The notes beneath the pieces were generated by a model. It did not search any database and was not told where the DNA came from. It worked only from the letters and a program-made list of their open reading frames with translations. Of a stretch of DNA of 40,556 bases, positions 9,385 to 18,098 are shown piece by piece. Numbering within the stretch: position 1 is the stretch's first letter; every line of letters begins with the position of its first letter. Made by a program: the position numbers and the translations under genes. Source of the stretch: Christensenellales bacterium (lineage in GTDB: Bacteria > Bacillota > Clostridia > Christensenellales > JBMNTQ01); assembly GCA_050945815.1 (NCBI GenBank), contig JBMNTQ010000003.1, positions 1 to 40,556 on the forward strand. The letters run 5' to 3'.

Positions 9385-9627
9385 TTGCGACTGGACAAAT
9401 ACCTTAAAGTATCGAGGCTGATTAAGCGAAGGACTGTGGCCAATGAAGCCTGCTCGAAGGGGCGGGTGTTGGTAAACGGCAAGGTTGGGAAGCCGGGCAG
9501 CGAGGTAAAGGAAGGGGATATTCTGGAGATTGCCCTGGGGGAGCGGCGAATGAGGGTGCGGATTTTGTCCTTGGTTGAGCATGTGCGCAAGGAAGAGGCC
9601 GCAGGGATGTTTGAGATTGTGGAGTGA
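9385..9627 (+). CDS. yabO: S4-domain RNA-binding protein (YabO/RqcP, Hsp15-like)
   Basis: MRLDKYLKVSRLIKRRTVANEAC..GRV.VNG; TTG start after GGAGG. Confidence 0.95.
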   Translation: MRLDKYLKVSRLIKRRTVANEACSKGRVLVNGKVGKPGSEVKEGDILEIALGERRMRVRILSLVEHVRKEEAAGMFEIVE

Positions 9628-9633
9628 GGGACT

Positions 9634-10815
9634 ATGAAGCTGAGCGGGATTTTGCTGGCGGCGGGCAGCGGCAGCCGCATGGAGGATGGGCAGGACAAGC
9701 TGTTTCGGCTCATTTTGGGGAAGACGCCCCTGAGAAGGAGTATGGAGGCGCTGTGCGCTTGTGGTGTGGAGGAGCTAGTTATTTGCGCTTCTCGGGAGAA
9801 CATCCATGCTTGTCTGGCTGAGACGGCAGGGATGGGGGTTGCTATTCGCGTCGTCTTGGGAGGGGCGTTTCGGCAGGATTCGGTTTTTGCCGGGCTGTGT
9901 GCCCTATCTAAGGATTCCAATCTGGTGTTGGTGCATGACGCGGCACGCTGTTGTGTGGATTTGGCTACTATAAAGCGCTGTATAAAGGGGGCACTGCAGG
10001 TTGGCAGCGGGATTGCGTCGGTGCCGGTTAAGGACAGCATACGCAGATGTGCGGGGGGCAAAACGGCGTTGCTGGATCGAGACAGCTTGTATGCTGCTCA
10101 GACGCCTCAGGCTTTTCGTACGGCACTGCTGCGGCTGGCCCACAACAATGCCCACAGATGTGGTTATGAAGCTACAGACGATGCGGCACTGGTGGAGTAT
10201 ATGGGAAGATCGGTGCATTTGGTGGAGGGCAGTTATGATAACATCAAGCTGACTACGCAGCAGGATTATGCAGTGGCCGAGACGATTTTGCGCGGCCGGC
10301 AGGAGGCGTATGGTGCGATTGCCCTGAAGGGACAGCGTATTGGAGCGGGCTATGACGTGCATCGGCTGGCTTATAACCGAAAGCTTATACTGGGCGGTGT
10401 GGAGATTCCTTTTAAAAAAGGGCTTGTGGGGCATTCTGATGCGGATGTTTTGACCCATGCGGTGATGGATGCGTTGTTGGGAGCGGCGGCTTTGGGAGAC
10501 ATTGGCAGGCATTTTCCTGATCGGGATTCGCGCTATCGTGATGCGGACAGCCTTAAGCTTTTACACGCTGTGAAAAAGAAGCTGGAGGCGGCAGGATATT
10601 ACCCGTCTAATCTGGACGCCTGTATTATGGCGCAAGAGCCTAAAATGGCCCCGCATATTTTTGCGATGGAGCGGAATATTGCCCGGGAACTGGGCATTTT
10701 AGCGGACTGTGTGAACATTAAGGCGACTACGACCGAGGGCCTTGGCTTTGTGGGGCGTGGGCAGGGAATCGCAGCCAATTGCGTGGCGATGGTTAAAAAG
10801 ATTGGCGAATTATGA
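9634..10815 (+). CDS. ispDF: Bifunctional IspD/IspF (MEP cytidylyltransferase + MEcDP synthase)
   Basis: IspD motifs [32 protein letters not shown]. IspF motifs [45 protein letters not shown]. Confidence 0.96.
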   Translation: MKLSGILLAAGSGSRMEDGQDKLFRLILGKTPLRRSMEALCACGVEELVICASRENIHACLAETAGMGVAIRVVLGGAFRQDSVFAGLCALSKDSNLVLVHDAARCCVDLATIKRCIKGALQVGSGIASVPVKDSIRRCAGGKTALLDRDSLYAAQTPQAFRTALLRLAHNNAHRCGYEATDDAALVEYMGRSVHLVEGSYDNIKLTTQQDYAVAETILRGRQEAYGAIALKGQRIGAGYDVHRLAYNRKLILGGVEIPFKKGLVGHSDADVLTHAVMDALLGAAALGDIGRHFPDRDSRYRDADSLKLLHAVKKKLEAAGYYPSNLDACIMAQEPKMAPHIFAMERNIARELGILADCVNIKATTTEGLGFVGRGQGIAANCVAMVKKIGEL

Positions 10816-10904
10816 TATAATTAACTGTCATAAAAGAGCGTTGCGCAGGCTGAGGACAACGTTACAGGTTGTTGCGGCTGTGCAATGGAGGTTGGGGGAT
10901 TTGG

Positions 10905-12140
10905 ATGTCGAAAAAGGGCAGGCTTGGGACGCCATACAGGCGCAGCAAACCCAAGAACATGTTTCAGCCTAAAAGGCGTTCTTCGGTAGGGATGGCTGTT
11001 TTGAGGATACTGGGCGGTATTGTGGTGACGGTGGGCGTGCTGGCTTTGTTTGCGTTGGTGATTTTGCCGGCGTTGAACGGTACCGGCGTGTTTGCGCCGA
11101 CGGAATCCTTTTCGCTGAACCAGCCGCTGCATAGCCCAAACGGCTTGCAGACGCCGCAGCCTACTGATAATTTACAGAAGAATGTTTCGGAAGTGGTTTT
11201 GCGCAACCGCAATGTTTTCTCGCCGTCCTTCTACGGCGACGAGATGATATTCAGTGCGGGCAACGATGCTGCCGGCAACGCTAAGATGAACTGGATTTAT
11301 CTTTATGATACGGTGATTCGGGCAGAGGAGGAGCGGGTGGAGGGTATTATCCTGGAGAACGACGACTTGATGGAGCCGCAGTTTAATGAGGATTATATCG
11401 TCTATCTGGATGCCAAGCGCAGCGGTGGTGCGGAGTTGTGTGCGTATGACCGCAGAACCGGTGAGACGAACCGGATTAAGACCATTCCTGCATCGTTGCC
11501 GAAGATACGGTTTTGCGATAATATGATTGCTTGGGTAGAACGCACCGGAACCAACCAGGACAAGCTGTATCTCTATGATTTAGAGCAGAAGCTGGCGGTT
11601 ACGGCCGCAGTATTCAATGGCTCGATCTATGGAAGCAGCGCACCGGGCCTGTGTGAGGGCAAGCTGATTTGGGCAGACCAGAGTTTGTCGGTGACCGAGG
11701 GCGGCGCGGAGCAAAGCGTGATTATGTCGCTGGACATTCGCTCGGAGACAGGGCAGCTTAAGGCCTATACCCCCGGGATGTTTGTGCACAACCCTATGAC
11801 CAACGGAGACGAAACCATCTGGGGCGGCGAACATGCAGGCAGCGGCTGTGCGCTTTATGCCAGTGTGAATGACGGACCGCCGCGCAAAATTGACGACAAT
11901 GTCTCCCAATACGGCATAGGCGACGGGTTTGCCGCTTATTGCAAGGGTGGGGTTTTATATACCTATAGCTTTGAAAACGCTGTGGTTTCCCGGCTGTCTC
12001 CCCATGGGGAGTTATGCTCGCTGTCTAGTGTAGACGGCAAGCGGGTGGTTTGGATGAACGTGGTGGAGAAGCAGGCGGGTGAAGAGGTCAACTTGGTGGA
12101 CGATCGGGATATTGTGAAATATGCCGATGTGGAAGGATAG
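10905..12140 (+). CDS. Membrane-anchored extracytoplasmic protein with beta-propeller-like repeats, function unknown
   Basis: Basic N-terminus, one TM helix (ILGGIVVTVGVLALFALVIL), Pro-rich linker, repeated P-x(4-7)-I[VA][WY]...LY.YD units. ATG 10905 chosen as the likely start. Confidence 0.75.
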   Translation: MSKKGRLGTPYRRSKPKNMFQPKRRSSVGMAVLRILGGIVVTVGVLALFALVILPALNGTGVFAPTESFSLNQPLHSPNGLQTPQPTDNLQKNVSEVVLRNRNVFSPSFYGDEMIFSAGNDAAGNAKMNWIYLYDTVIRAEEERVEGIILENDDLMEPQFNEDYIVYLDAKRSGGAELCAYDRRTGETNRIKTIPASLPKIRFCDNMIAWVERTGTNQDKLYLYDLEQKLAVTAAVFNGSIYGSSAPGLCEGKLIWADQSLSVTEGGAEQSVIMSLDIRSETGQLKAYTPGMFVHNPMTNGDETIWGGEHAGSGCALYASVNDGPPRKIDDNVSQYGIGDGFAAYCKGGVLYTYSFENAVVSRLSPHGELCSLSSVDGKRVVWMNVVEKQAGEEVNLVDDRDIVKYADVEG

Positions 12141-12143
12141 AAG

Positions 12144-13499
12144 ATGGCAAAGAATAAGACAATCTTCGTCTGCGGCGATTGCGGTCATGAGAATCCCGGC
12201 TGGCTGGGGAAATGCCCTGGTTGTGGCGCGTGGAACACGTTTGTGGAGGAATTGTTTGTAAAGGAGGCCTCGGGAGCAAAGGGTGCGCCTTCCCAAGGTG
12301 CTGCTGTGCCGATTCGTTTGTCTGAGGTGCAGGGTGAGAACATGAAGCGGCTTTGTACCGGCTACAGTGAGCTGGACCGGGTTTTGGGGGGCGGGATTGT
12401 ACCGGGTTCGGTCGTGCTGTTAGGCGGCGATCCGGGCATTGGGAAATCTACGTTGCTTTTGCAGGCGGGGCACTTTTTGTCTGCGGCAGGGCAGAAGGTA
12501 TTGTATATTGCCGGTGAGGAATCGCCTGCTCAGATCCGTATGCGCGCCCAGCGCATTGGTGCCGGGGGCGATTGTTATATCTTGGCAGAGAACAACCTGG
12601 ATGCTATGGAGAGCAGCATGGCTAAGCTGGAGCCGGACATCATCATCGCGGACTCGGTGCAGACGCTGTATCGGCCGGCTTTCTCCTCGTCGCCGGGTAG
12701 TGTGGGACAGGTGAGAGAATCGGCTGCTTTTCTGTTGCGTGTTGCCAAGACCAGCGGCGCGGCGGTTTTTCTGGTGGGGCATGTGACTAAGGAAGGCGGA
12801 TTGGCCGGGCCGCGGGTTTTGGAGCATATGGTGGATACGGTGTTGTATTTTGAGGGCGAACGCAACCACAGTTTCCGGATTTTGCGGGCTGCAAAAAACC
12901 GCTTTGGCTCTACCAATGAAATCGGAATTTTTGAGATGCGGGAGGACGGGATGGCCCAGGTGGAGGACGCTTCTGCCGTGCTGTTGGCGGGGCGGGCGCA
13001 GAATACGCCGGGGACGGCTGTGGTGTGCAGTATGGAGGGCAGCCGGCCGCTGCTTGTGGAATTGCAGGCGCTAATCAGCAAGACGGTGTTTGGTATGCCC
13101 CGGCGCAACGCCACCGGATTGGACTATAACCGTATGATTTTGTTGATGGCGGTGTTGGAGAAGAAGGTGGGTATGAGCTTGTATAACCAGGACGGCTATC
13201 TAAACGTGGTGGGCGGCATCAAGCTTTCGGAGCCTGCGGCGGATTTGGGCATTGTTATGAGTATCGCTTCCAGCTACCGTAATATCCCCTTGCCAGGAGA
13301 TGCGGTTTTGATGGGGGAGGTGGGGCTGTCCGGCGAGGTGCGCCCGATCGGGCGTATTGAACAGCGAATCGCGGAGTGTGCGAAGTTGGGCTTTAAGCGT
13401 TGTATGATTCCTGCGGGGAATCAAAAGGGCTTGAAGGATATGGGCGTGGACTTGATTGGCGTGTCTAATTTAGGGGCGGCTATGGATTATTTGCTGTAG
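12144..13499 (+). CDS. radA: DNA repair protein RadA/Sms
   Basis: C4 zinc finger (CGDCG...CPGC), Walker A GDPGIGKST, KNRFG motif, Lon-like C-terminal domain. Confidence 0.98.
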   Translation: MAKNKTIFVCGDCGHENPGWLGKCPGCGAWNTFVEELFVKEASGAKGAPSQGAAVPIRLSEVQGENMKRLCTGYSELDRVLGGGIVPGSVVLLGGDPGIGKSTLLLQAGHFLSAAGQKVLYIAGEESPAQIRMRAQRIGAGGDCYILAENNLDAMESSMAKLEPDIIIADSVQTLYRPAFSSSPGSVGQVRESAAFLLRVAKTSGAAVFLVGHVTKEGGLAGPRVLEHMVDTVLYFEGERNHSFRILRAAKNRFGSTNEIGIFEMREDGMAQVEDASAVLLAGRAQNTPGTAVVCSMEGSRPLLVELQALISKTVFGMPRRNATGLDYNRMILLMAVLEKKVGMSLYNQDGYLNVVGGIKLSEPAADLGIVMSIASSYRNIPLPGDAVLMGEVGLSGEVRPIGRIEQRIAECAKLGFKRCMIPAGNQKGLKDMGVDLIGVSNLGAAMDYLL

Positions 13500-13529
13500 T
13501 GCGCGGTAGGCTACAATCAAGGGTTGGAG

Positions 13530-13557
13530 AAGGGAAGCGGCTATGCCGCTTTTTTTG
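13530..13557 (+). terminator. Intrinsic terminator after radA
   Basis: AAGCGGC-TAT-GCCGCTT followed by a T-tract. Confidence 0.8.
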
Positions 13558-13705
13558 TTGCCTGAAAGGCTTCTCAAGAGGTGTTGCTTTCTTTATGTGT
13601 TCGCAAGCAAACGGCGGGATGGAGGCGCGCAAGGAGGGGAGCAGCAGCGGGTTGGCTTAGGGGGGAGGGCGGCAGAGAGGTTGTTTTTTTGCTCTGGGGA
13701 TTTTT

Positions 13706-13734
13706 GTTATATATCTTGGCGCGGCTCCATAAAT
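13706..13734 (+). promoter_or_regulatory. Probable mother-cell SigE promoter for spoIVFA
   Basis: GTTATAT-15 bp-CATAAAT matches the SigE -35/-10 pattern; spoIVF is SigE-dependent in B. subtilis. Confidence 0.6.
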
Positions 13735-13762
13735 ATAGATATGAGAACCGGGAGGTGGAGGG

Positions 13763-14491
13763 ATGATGGAGGGAAGTAAAGAAATCAGCAGGATTCAGGT
13801 GGGGGAGATGCAGCCGACACGCAGCCATGCTGTGCGGGCGAAGACCACGGAGGCATCGGCGGCGATTGTGGCTGCGCGGAGTCGGCGGCGAAGAGTAGTC
13901 GGGAGCAGAGGGGGAGATCGGGACGAGGAGCAGCGAAAAACCGCTACGCTGATCATCAAAGCTTGTGTGTGTGCTGCCCTTTGTCTGGCTGCATTTCTGG
14001 TGCATCTATCGGATACAGCGGCGGCGCAGAGTATTTCTCGGGGGATTCGCTCGGTTTTGACTTATAATATTGATCTTGACGAGACCTTGGGCAAATTGAA
14101 ATTCGTGGATAATTTTATTCCGGGGGTACAGGAGGTCTTTACGGAGAAAAGCAGCTTGATTCAGCCGGTTTTGGGCAGTGTATCCGAGGGATTCTCGCAA
14201 AATGGGCGGGGGATTTTGTTTGTGGGCACAGAGCAGAGCAAGGTGGTTGCGTCGGCGGACGGCTATGTTTCGCAAATGGGGGAGGATGAGCGCTATGGGC
14301 GTTTTGTAGCCATAAAGCACGGTGCTGGAGTGGAGACCTTTTATTATGGGTTGGAGACGGTGGAGATAAAAGAAGGGAAGATCGTTAGCCGGGGACAGAC
14401 TTTAGGGGCGGGCACAGCACAAGTTTTCTTTGAGGTGCGTCAGGATCATGTGGCTGTGGACCCGGTGGGCTATATGGATTTCGCAAGCTAA
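13763..14491 (+). CDS. spoIVFA: SpoIVFA-like protein (TM helix + degenerate M23/LytM domain)
   Basis: One TM helix; M23 fold (VVASADGYV, YGRFVAIKH, VSRGQTLG, VDP) lacking the zinc ligands (GRGILF for HxxxD, QVFFEVR for HxH); lies upstream of an M50 protease. Confidence 0.78.
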   Translation: MMEGSKEISRIQVGEMQPTRSHAVRAKTTEASAAIVAARSRRRRVVGSRGGDRDEEQRKTATLIIKACVCAALCLAAFLVHLSDTAAAQSISRGIRSVLTYNIDLDETLGKLKFVDNFIPGVQEVFTEKSSLIQPVLGSVSEGFSQNGRGILFVGTEQSKVVASADGYVSQMGEDERYGRFVAIKHGAGVETFYYGLETVEIKEGKIVSRGQTLGAGTAQVFFEVRQDHVAVDPVGYMDFAS

Positions 14492-14519
14492 GCAAGTTGA
14501 GCAGCACGGCGATTGGCCG

Positions 14520-14559
14520 AAGCCGTATGGGCGCTTTGGAAGCAGCATACGGCTTTTTA
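14520..14559 (+). terminator. Terminator-like hairpin between spoIVFA and spoIVFB
   Basis: Perfect 10-bp stem AAGCCGTATG/CATACGGCTT, an inner GCTT/AAGC stem, then TTT. Confidence 0.55.
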
Positions 14560-14590
14560 GCGCAGGAAAAAGACAGGGCTTTTTTGGGGG

Positions 14591-15484
14591 ATGGGGCTTA
14601 TGAGGTTGGGCACTTTTTTTGATATAGAGGTGCGGGTTAATATTTTTTTCTTTGTGGCGCTGGGGGTTGCGCTGATTACTGGGTATTTGGAAACTCTGGC
14701 TATGATATTTGTGGTGATATTGCTGCATGAGGCCGGCCACTGCATAGCTGCCCGGGCGTTGGGGGTGAAGGTGGAGCGGATGGATATACTGCCTTTTGGT
14801 TGCGCTGCAAAAATGCAGAGCGCCCTTGCCTACAGCCCGCTTTCGGAGGCGGCAATTGCCCTTTGCGGGCCGGCGGTCAATGCAGCTTTGGCTTTGGTAG
14901 CGGTGTTTTTGCAGCATTATGTTGAGATTGGTGTAGATTTATCTTGGTTTGTGCAGGTAAATTTATTGATTGGCGGCTTTAACTTGCTGCCTGCATTGCC
15001 CTTGGATGGCGGGCGGGCGGTGCGTGCGTTTTTATCCCATAGGCTGGGTGTAACGAGGGGGGCCAAGATAGCGGTTTATCTGACTCGCAGCATTGCTTTG
15101 GGCTGCTTGGGCCTAGGGGTGTATGAACTGATTCAGGGGATTTTTTTGCCCAATCCGTTTTTTATTGCGGGGTTGTTGGGGGTTTATTCTTTCAGGACGG
15201 AAAAGGCCGCTGCTTATCTGCCGGTGAAGAGCATGTCGGATAATGCGGCGCGGCTGTACCGGAAGGGATATTTGCCGGTGCGTCATGTGGCTGTGGACGG
15301 CAGCATGACTTTAGGGGAGTTGGCTGGGCGTATGCTGCCCGGGCGCTATACTTTGGTGACGGTGGTGGACGCCGGCGGCGGGTTGCTGAGCGAAGGGGAG
15401 CTGGTAAGTGCGTTGATAAAATTCGGGCCTCATGCCAGGATAAAACGGGTAATTGCTGCTAAAGCAGCCGGGGGGATTCAGTGA
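14591..15484 (+). CDS. spoIVFB: SpoIVFB-like site-2 (M50) intramembrane metalloprotease (pro-sigmaK processing)
   Basis: HEAGH zinc motif, NLLPALPLDGG motif, C-terminal CBS-like segment; synteny with spoIVFA and rplU. Confidence 0.85.
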   Translation: MGLMRLGTFFDIEVRVNIFFFVALGVALITGYLETLAMIFVVILLHEAGHCIAARALGVKVERMDILPFGCAAKMQSALAYSPLSEAAIALCGPAVNAALALVAVFLQHYVEIGVDLSWFVQVNLLIGGFNLLPALPLDGGRAVRAFLSHRLGVTRGAKIAVYLTRSIALGCLGLGVYELIQGIFLPNPFFIAGLLGVYSFRTEKAAAYLPVKSMSDNAARLYRKGYLPVRHVAVDGSMTLGELAGRMLPGRYTLVTVVDAGGGLLSEGELVSALIKFGPHARIKRVIAAKAAGGIQ

Positions 15485-15503
15485 TCGCGGCTCTTGGGAG
15501 AGA

Positions 15504-15532
15504 TTGACGCAAAGGAACAATGGTGTTAAACT
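15504..15532 (+). promoter_or_regulatory. SigA promoter for the radical SAM-rng operon
   Basis: TTGACG-17 bp-TAAACT with extended TG. Confidence 0.7.
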
Positions 15533-15580
15533 AATTTATACCCTATTTTTAAACAAAAAAGAAACTGGAGCAAAGTTGCG

Positions 15581-17416
15581 TTGTGTGAACTGGAACAAAA
15601 ACTGGAGATGATTTTGCCTCTGGTAGAGAAGCCTTCCCGCTATACTGGAAATGAGCTGAATATCTGCCGCAAGGCGGATGCTTCGGTTCGTTATCTGTTT
15701 TTGTTCCCTGATGTTTATGAGGTGGGGATGTCGCATCTGGGTGGGAAAATTCTGTATGAAGTCATCAATGCGGACACGGACACGGCAGGTGAACGTGCTT
15801 TTGCGCCTTGGCCGGATATGGAAGAAAAAATGCGCGAGCAGGGAATTCCCCTTTTCTCGTTGGAAACGAAAACCCCTGCTGCGGCCTTTGATTTTTTGGG
15901 ATTTACTCTGCAATATGAGATGAGCTATACCAATGTTTTGAACATGCTGGATTTGGCCGGATTGCCGCTTCGGGCGGCAGACCGGGGAGAGGACGCTCCG
16001 ATTGTGATGGTGGGCGGCCCTTGCGCGTTCAACGCAGAGCCCATCGCCCCTTTTGTGGACATGGTAGCTTTGGGCGATGGTGAGGAGAGCATGGGGGAGG
16101 TTTTGGCGCTATATCGGGAATGCCGGGCAAAGGGGCAGGGCAAGGAGGCGTTTTTGCGCCGAGCTTGCGCCATTGAGGGCATATATGTGCCGGGATTTTA
16201 TCAGCCGCGCTACGACCAGGACGGCGTTTATCAAGGGACGTTTCCGACCCGCAGCTATGCGCCGGCGACTGTTCAGAAGCGTATTCTTTGGGATTTGCGG
16301 GAATGGGCGCTGAGCAAGCCTATTGTGCCGTATTTGTCGGTGGTGCATGACCGGATTATGCTGGAAGTTTTCCGGGGCTGTACCCGGGGCTGCCGTTTTT
16401 GTCAAGCGGGATATATCTACCGGCCGGTGCGGGAGCGTACGGCGTTAGATTTGCTGGAGACGGCCAAGGAGTTGGTGGAGGCGACCGGGTATGAGGAGAT
16501 GTCGCTAAGTTCGCTCAGTACCGGCGACTATTCCCAGCTGATAGAGCTTTTGCCGTTGTTGACGCAGACCTTTGAGCAGCAGCGAGTGGCTTTGTCGTTG
16601 CCTTCTTTGCGCGTCGATTCCTTTGTGAAGGAATATGCCCGGGAGGTGGGAAAGGTAAAGAGAACCGGATTGACCTTCGCGCCGGAGGCGGGCACCCAGC
16701 GTCTTCGGGATGTGATTAACAAGGGTGTGACTGAGCAGGACTTGCTGCGTACGGTTTCGGATGCTTTTGCGGGCGGCTATAATGTGGTGAAGCTTTATTT
16801 TATGATTGGGCTGCCCACAGAGACGGACGAGGATTTGGACGGCATTGCGGACTTGGTGAGAAAAGTCGGGGATTGTTATTACCAGATTCCCAAGCAGCAG
16901 CGGGCCCGGGGGCTGACGGTTACGGTGAGCGTTTCTTCTTTTGTACCCAAACCTCACACGCCGTTTCAATGGTGTGCGCAGGATAGTATGCAGGAGCTTT
17001 TGCGCAAACAACGATATTTGAAATCTATTTTGAACATGCGCTATGTGAAATACCAGTGGCATGATAGTAAACTGAGTTTTCTGGAAGGGGTTTTTGCCCG
17101 AGGCGGCCGGGAGTTGGCCGAGGTTTTGGAGGCGGCCCATGCTTTGGGTTGCCGCTTTGACGGCTGGCAGGAGCATTTTGATTATGAGCGTTGGATGCAG
17201 GCATTTGAGCAGGCCGGCCTATCGCCCCAGGAGAAAACCGGCGCTTTTGCGCTGACAGACCCATTGCCCTGGGCACATCTTTCCGCTCAGATTGAGCAAG
17301 ACTATTTTCGGCGGGAGTATGAGAGGGCGATTCGGGCGCAAACGACCCGGGATTGCCGGGAGGGCTGTAACAATTGCGGCATTGCAGGGTGCAGCGGGGT
17401 GGTTGTATGCGGATGA
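15581..17416 (+). CDS. TIGR03960-family B12-binding-like radical SAM protein
   Basis: VEKPSRY.G.E.N, FPDVYEVGMSHLG, RGCTRGCRFCQAG, TFAPEAGTQRLR.VINK, FVPKPHTPFQW, C-terminal DCREGCNNCG. Confidence 0.93.
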   Translation: MCELEQKLEMILPLVEKPSRYTGNELNICRKADASVRYLFLFPDVYEVGMSHLGGKILYEVINADTDTAGERAFAPWPDMEEKMREQGIPLFSLETKTPAAAFDFLGFTLQYEMSYTNVLNMLDLAGLPLRAADRGEDAPIVMVGGPCAFNAEPIAPFVDMVALGDGEESMGEVLALYRECRAKGQGKEAFLRRACAIEGIYVPGFYQPRYDQDGVYQGTFPTRSYAPATVQKRILWDLREWALSKPIVPYLSVVHDRIMLEVFRGCTRGCRFCQAGYIYRPVRERTALDLLETAKELVEATGYEEMSLSSLSTGDYSQLIELLPLLTQTFEQQRVALSLPSLRVDSFVKEYAREVGKVKRTGLTFAPEAGTQRLRDVINKGVTEQDLLRTVSDAFAGGYNVVKLYFMIGLPTETDEDLDGIADLVRKVGDCYYQIPKQQRARGLTVTVSVSSFVPKPHTPFQWCAQDSMQELLRKQRYLKSILNMRYVKYQWHDSKLSFLEGVFARGGRELAEVLEAAHALGCRFDGWQEHFDYERWMQAFEQAGLSPQEKTGAFALTDPLPWAHLSAQIEQDYFRREYERAIRAQTTRDCREGCNNCGIAGCSGVVVCG

Positions 17417-18057
17417 TGGCTAGATTTTCCAAGGGAGAGGGCGTGCGCTTTTCCTCGCATCTGGACACCCAGCGCCTGTTTCAGCGGGCTATGCGGCGGG
17501 CGAAGATTCCGTGTAGATTTTCTCAAGGGTACAACCCCCATCCAGTTATGTCGTTTGCCAGTGCTTTGCCGGTGGGGGCGACGAGTGAAGGGGAATATGT
17601 GGATATTGCTCTGGCGCAGGAGTTGGCATCGGAATCGTTTGTGGAGCGGATGAACGGCGCGCTGCCGGAGGCGGTGCGTATTGTGGGGGCGCGTCCAATT
17701 GAGGATTCGTTTCCTTCTTTAACGTCGAAGGTGTATGCAGCGCGCTACCGGGTGGACTTCTTGCAGGGGGGGGAATGGGCGGCTCCTGTGCGGCACTTTC
17801 TCTCTAAGGACAGCGTATTTGTGGAAAAGCAGGGGAAGGGCGGGCTGCGCAGCTTGGATATTCGGCCGCTGGTGTATGAACTGACGCTTAAAGGAGATGG
17901 GCTGGATATGCTGTTGGCTGCGTCCAGCGCGGCCAGTGTTTCGCCTAAGCTGTTGCTTAAGGCTCTTTATGGCGGGGAGAGCAGCGCGCGTTTATGCCGT
18001 TTGGAGATGTACGCAGACCGGCAGGGAACGTCGCTTTTTGATTGGAAGGAACAATGA
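17407..18057 (+). CDS. TIGR03936/DUF2344 radical SAM-associated protein
   Basis: FSKG...F.SHLD..R.F.RA.RRA.IP..FSQGYNPHP.MSFA.ALPVG..S.GEY; overlaps the TIGR03960 stop. Confidence 0.9.
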   Translation: MRMMARFSKGEGVRFSSHLDTQRLFQRAMRRAKIPCRFSQGYNPHPVMSFASALPVGATSEGEYVDIALAQELASESFVERMNGALPEAVRIVGARPIEDSFPSLTSKVYAARYRVDFLQGGEWAAPVRHFLSKDSVFVEKQGKGGLRSLDIRPLVYELTLKGDGLDMLLAASSAASVSPKLLLKALYGGESSARLCRLEMYADRQGTSLFDWKEQ

Positions 18058-18098
18058 ATGTATGGCTTTGATATTTTTTCTAAAGGTGGCCTTTTTAT

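Noticed and set aside
8925-10061. Long antisense ORFs (e.g. 8925-10061, 19056-20069, 29649-30773, 7665-8588)
   Set aside because: They are shadows of well-supported + strand genes and show no recognisable motifs.
13763-14491. Active M23 peptidoglycan endopeptidase
   Set aside because: Both zinc-binding motifs are lost, consistent with non-catalytic SpoIVFA.
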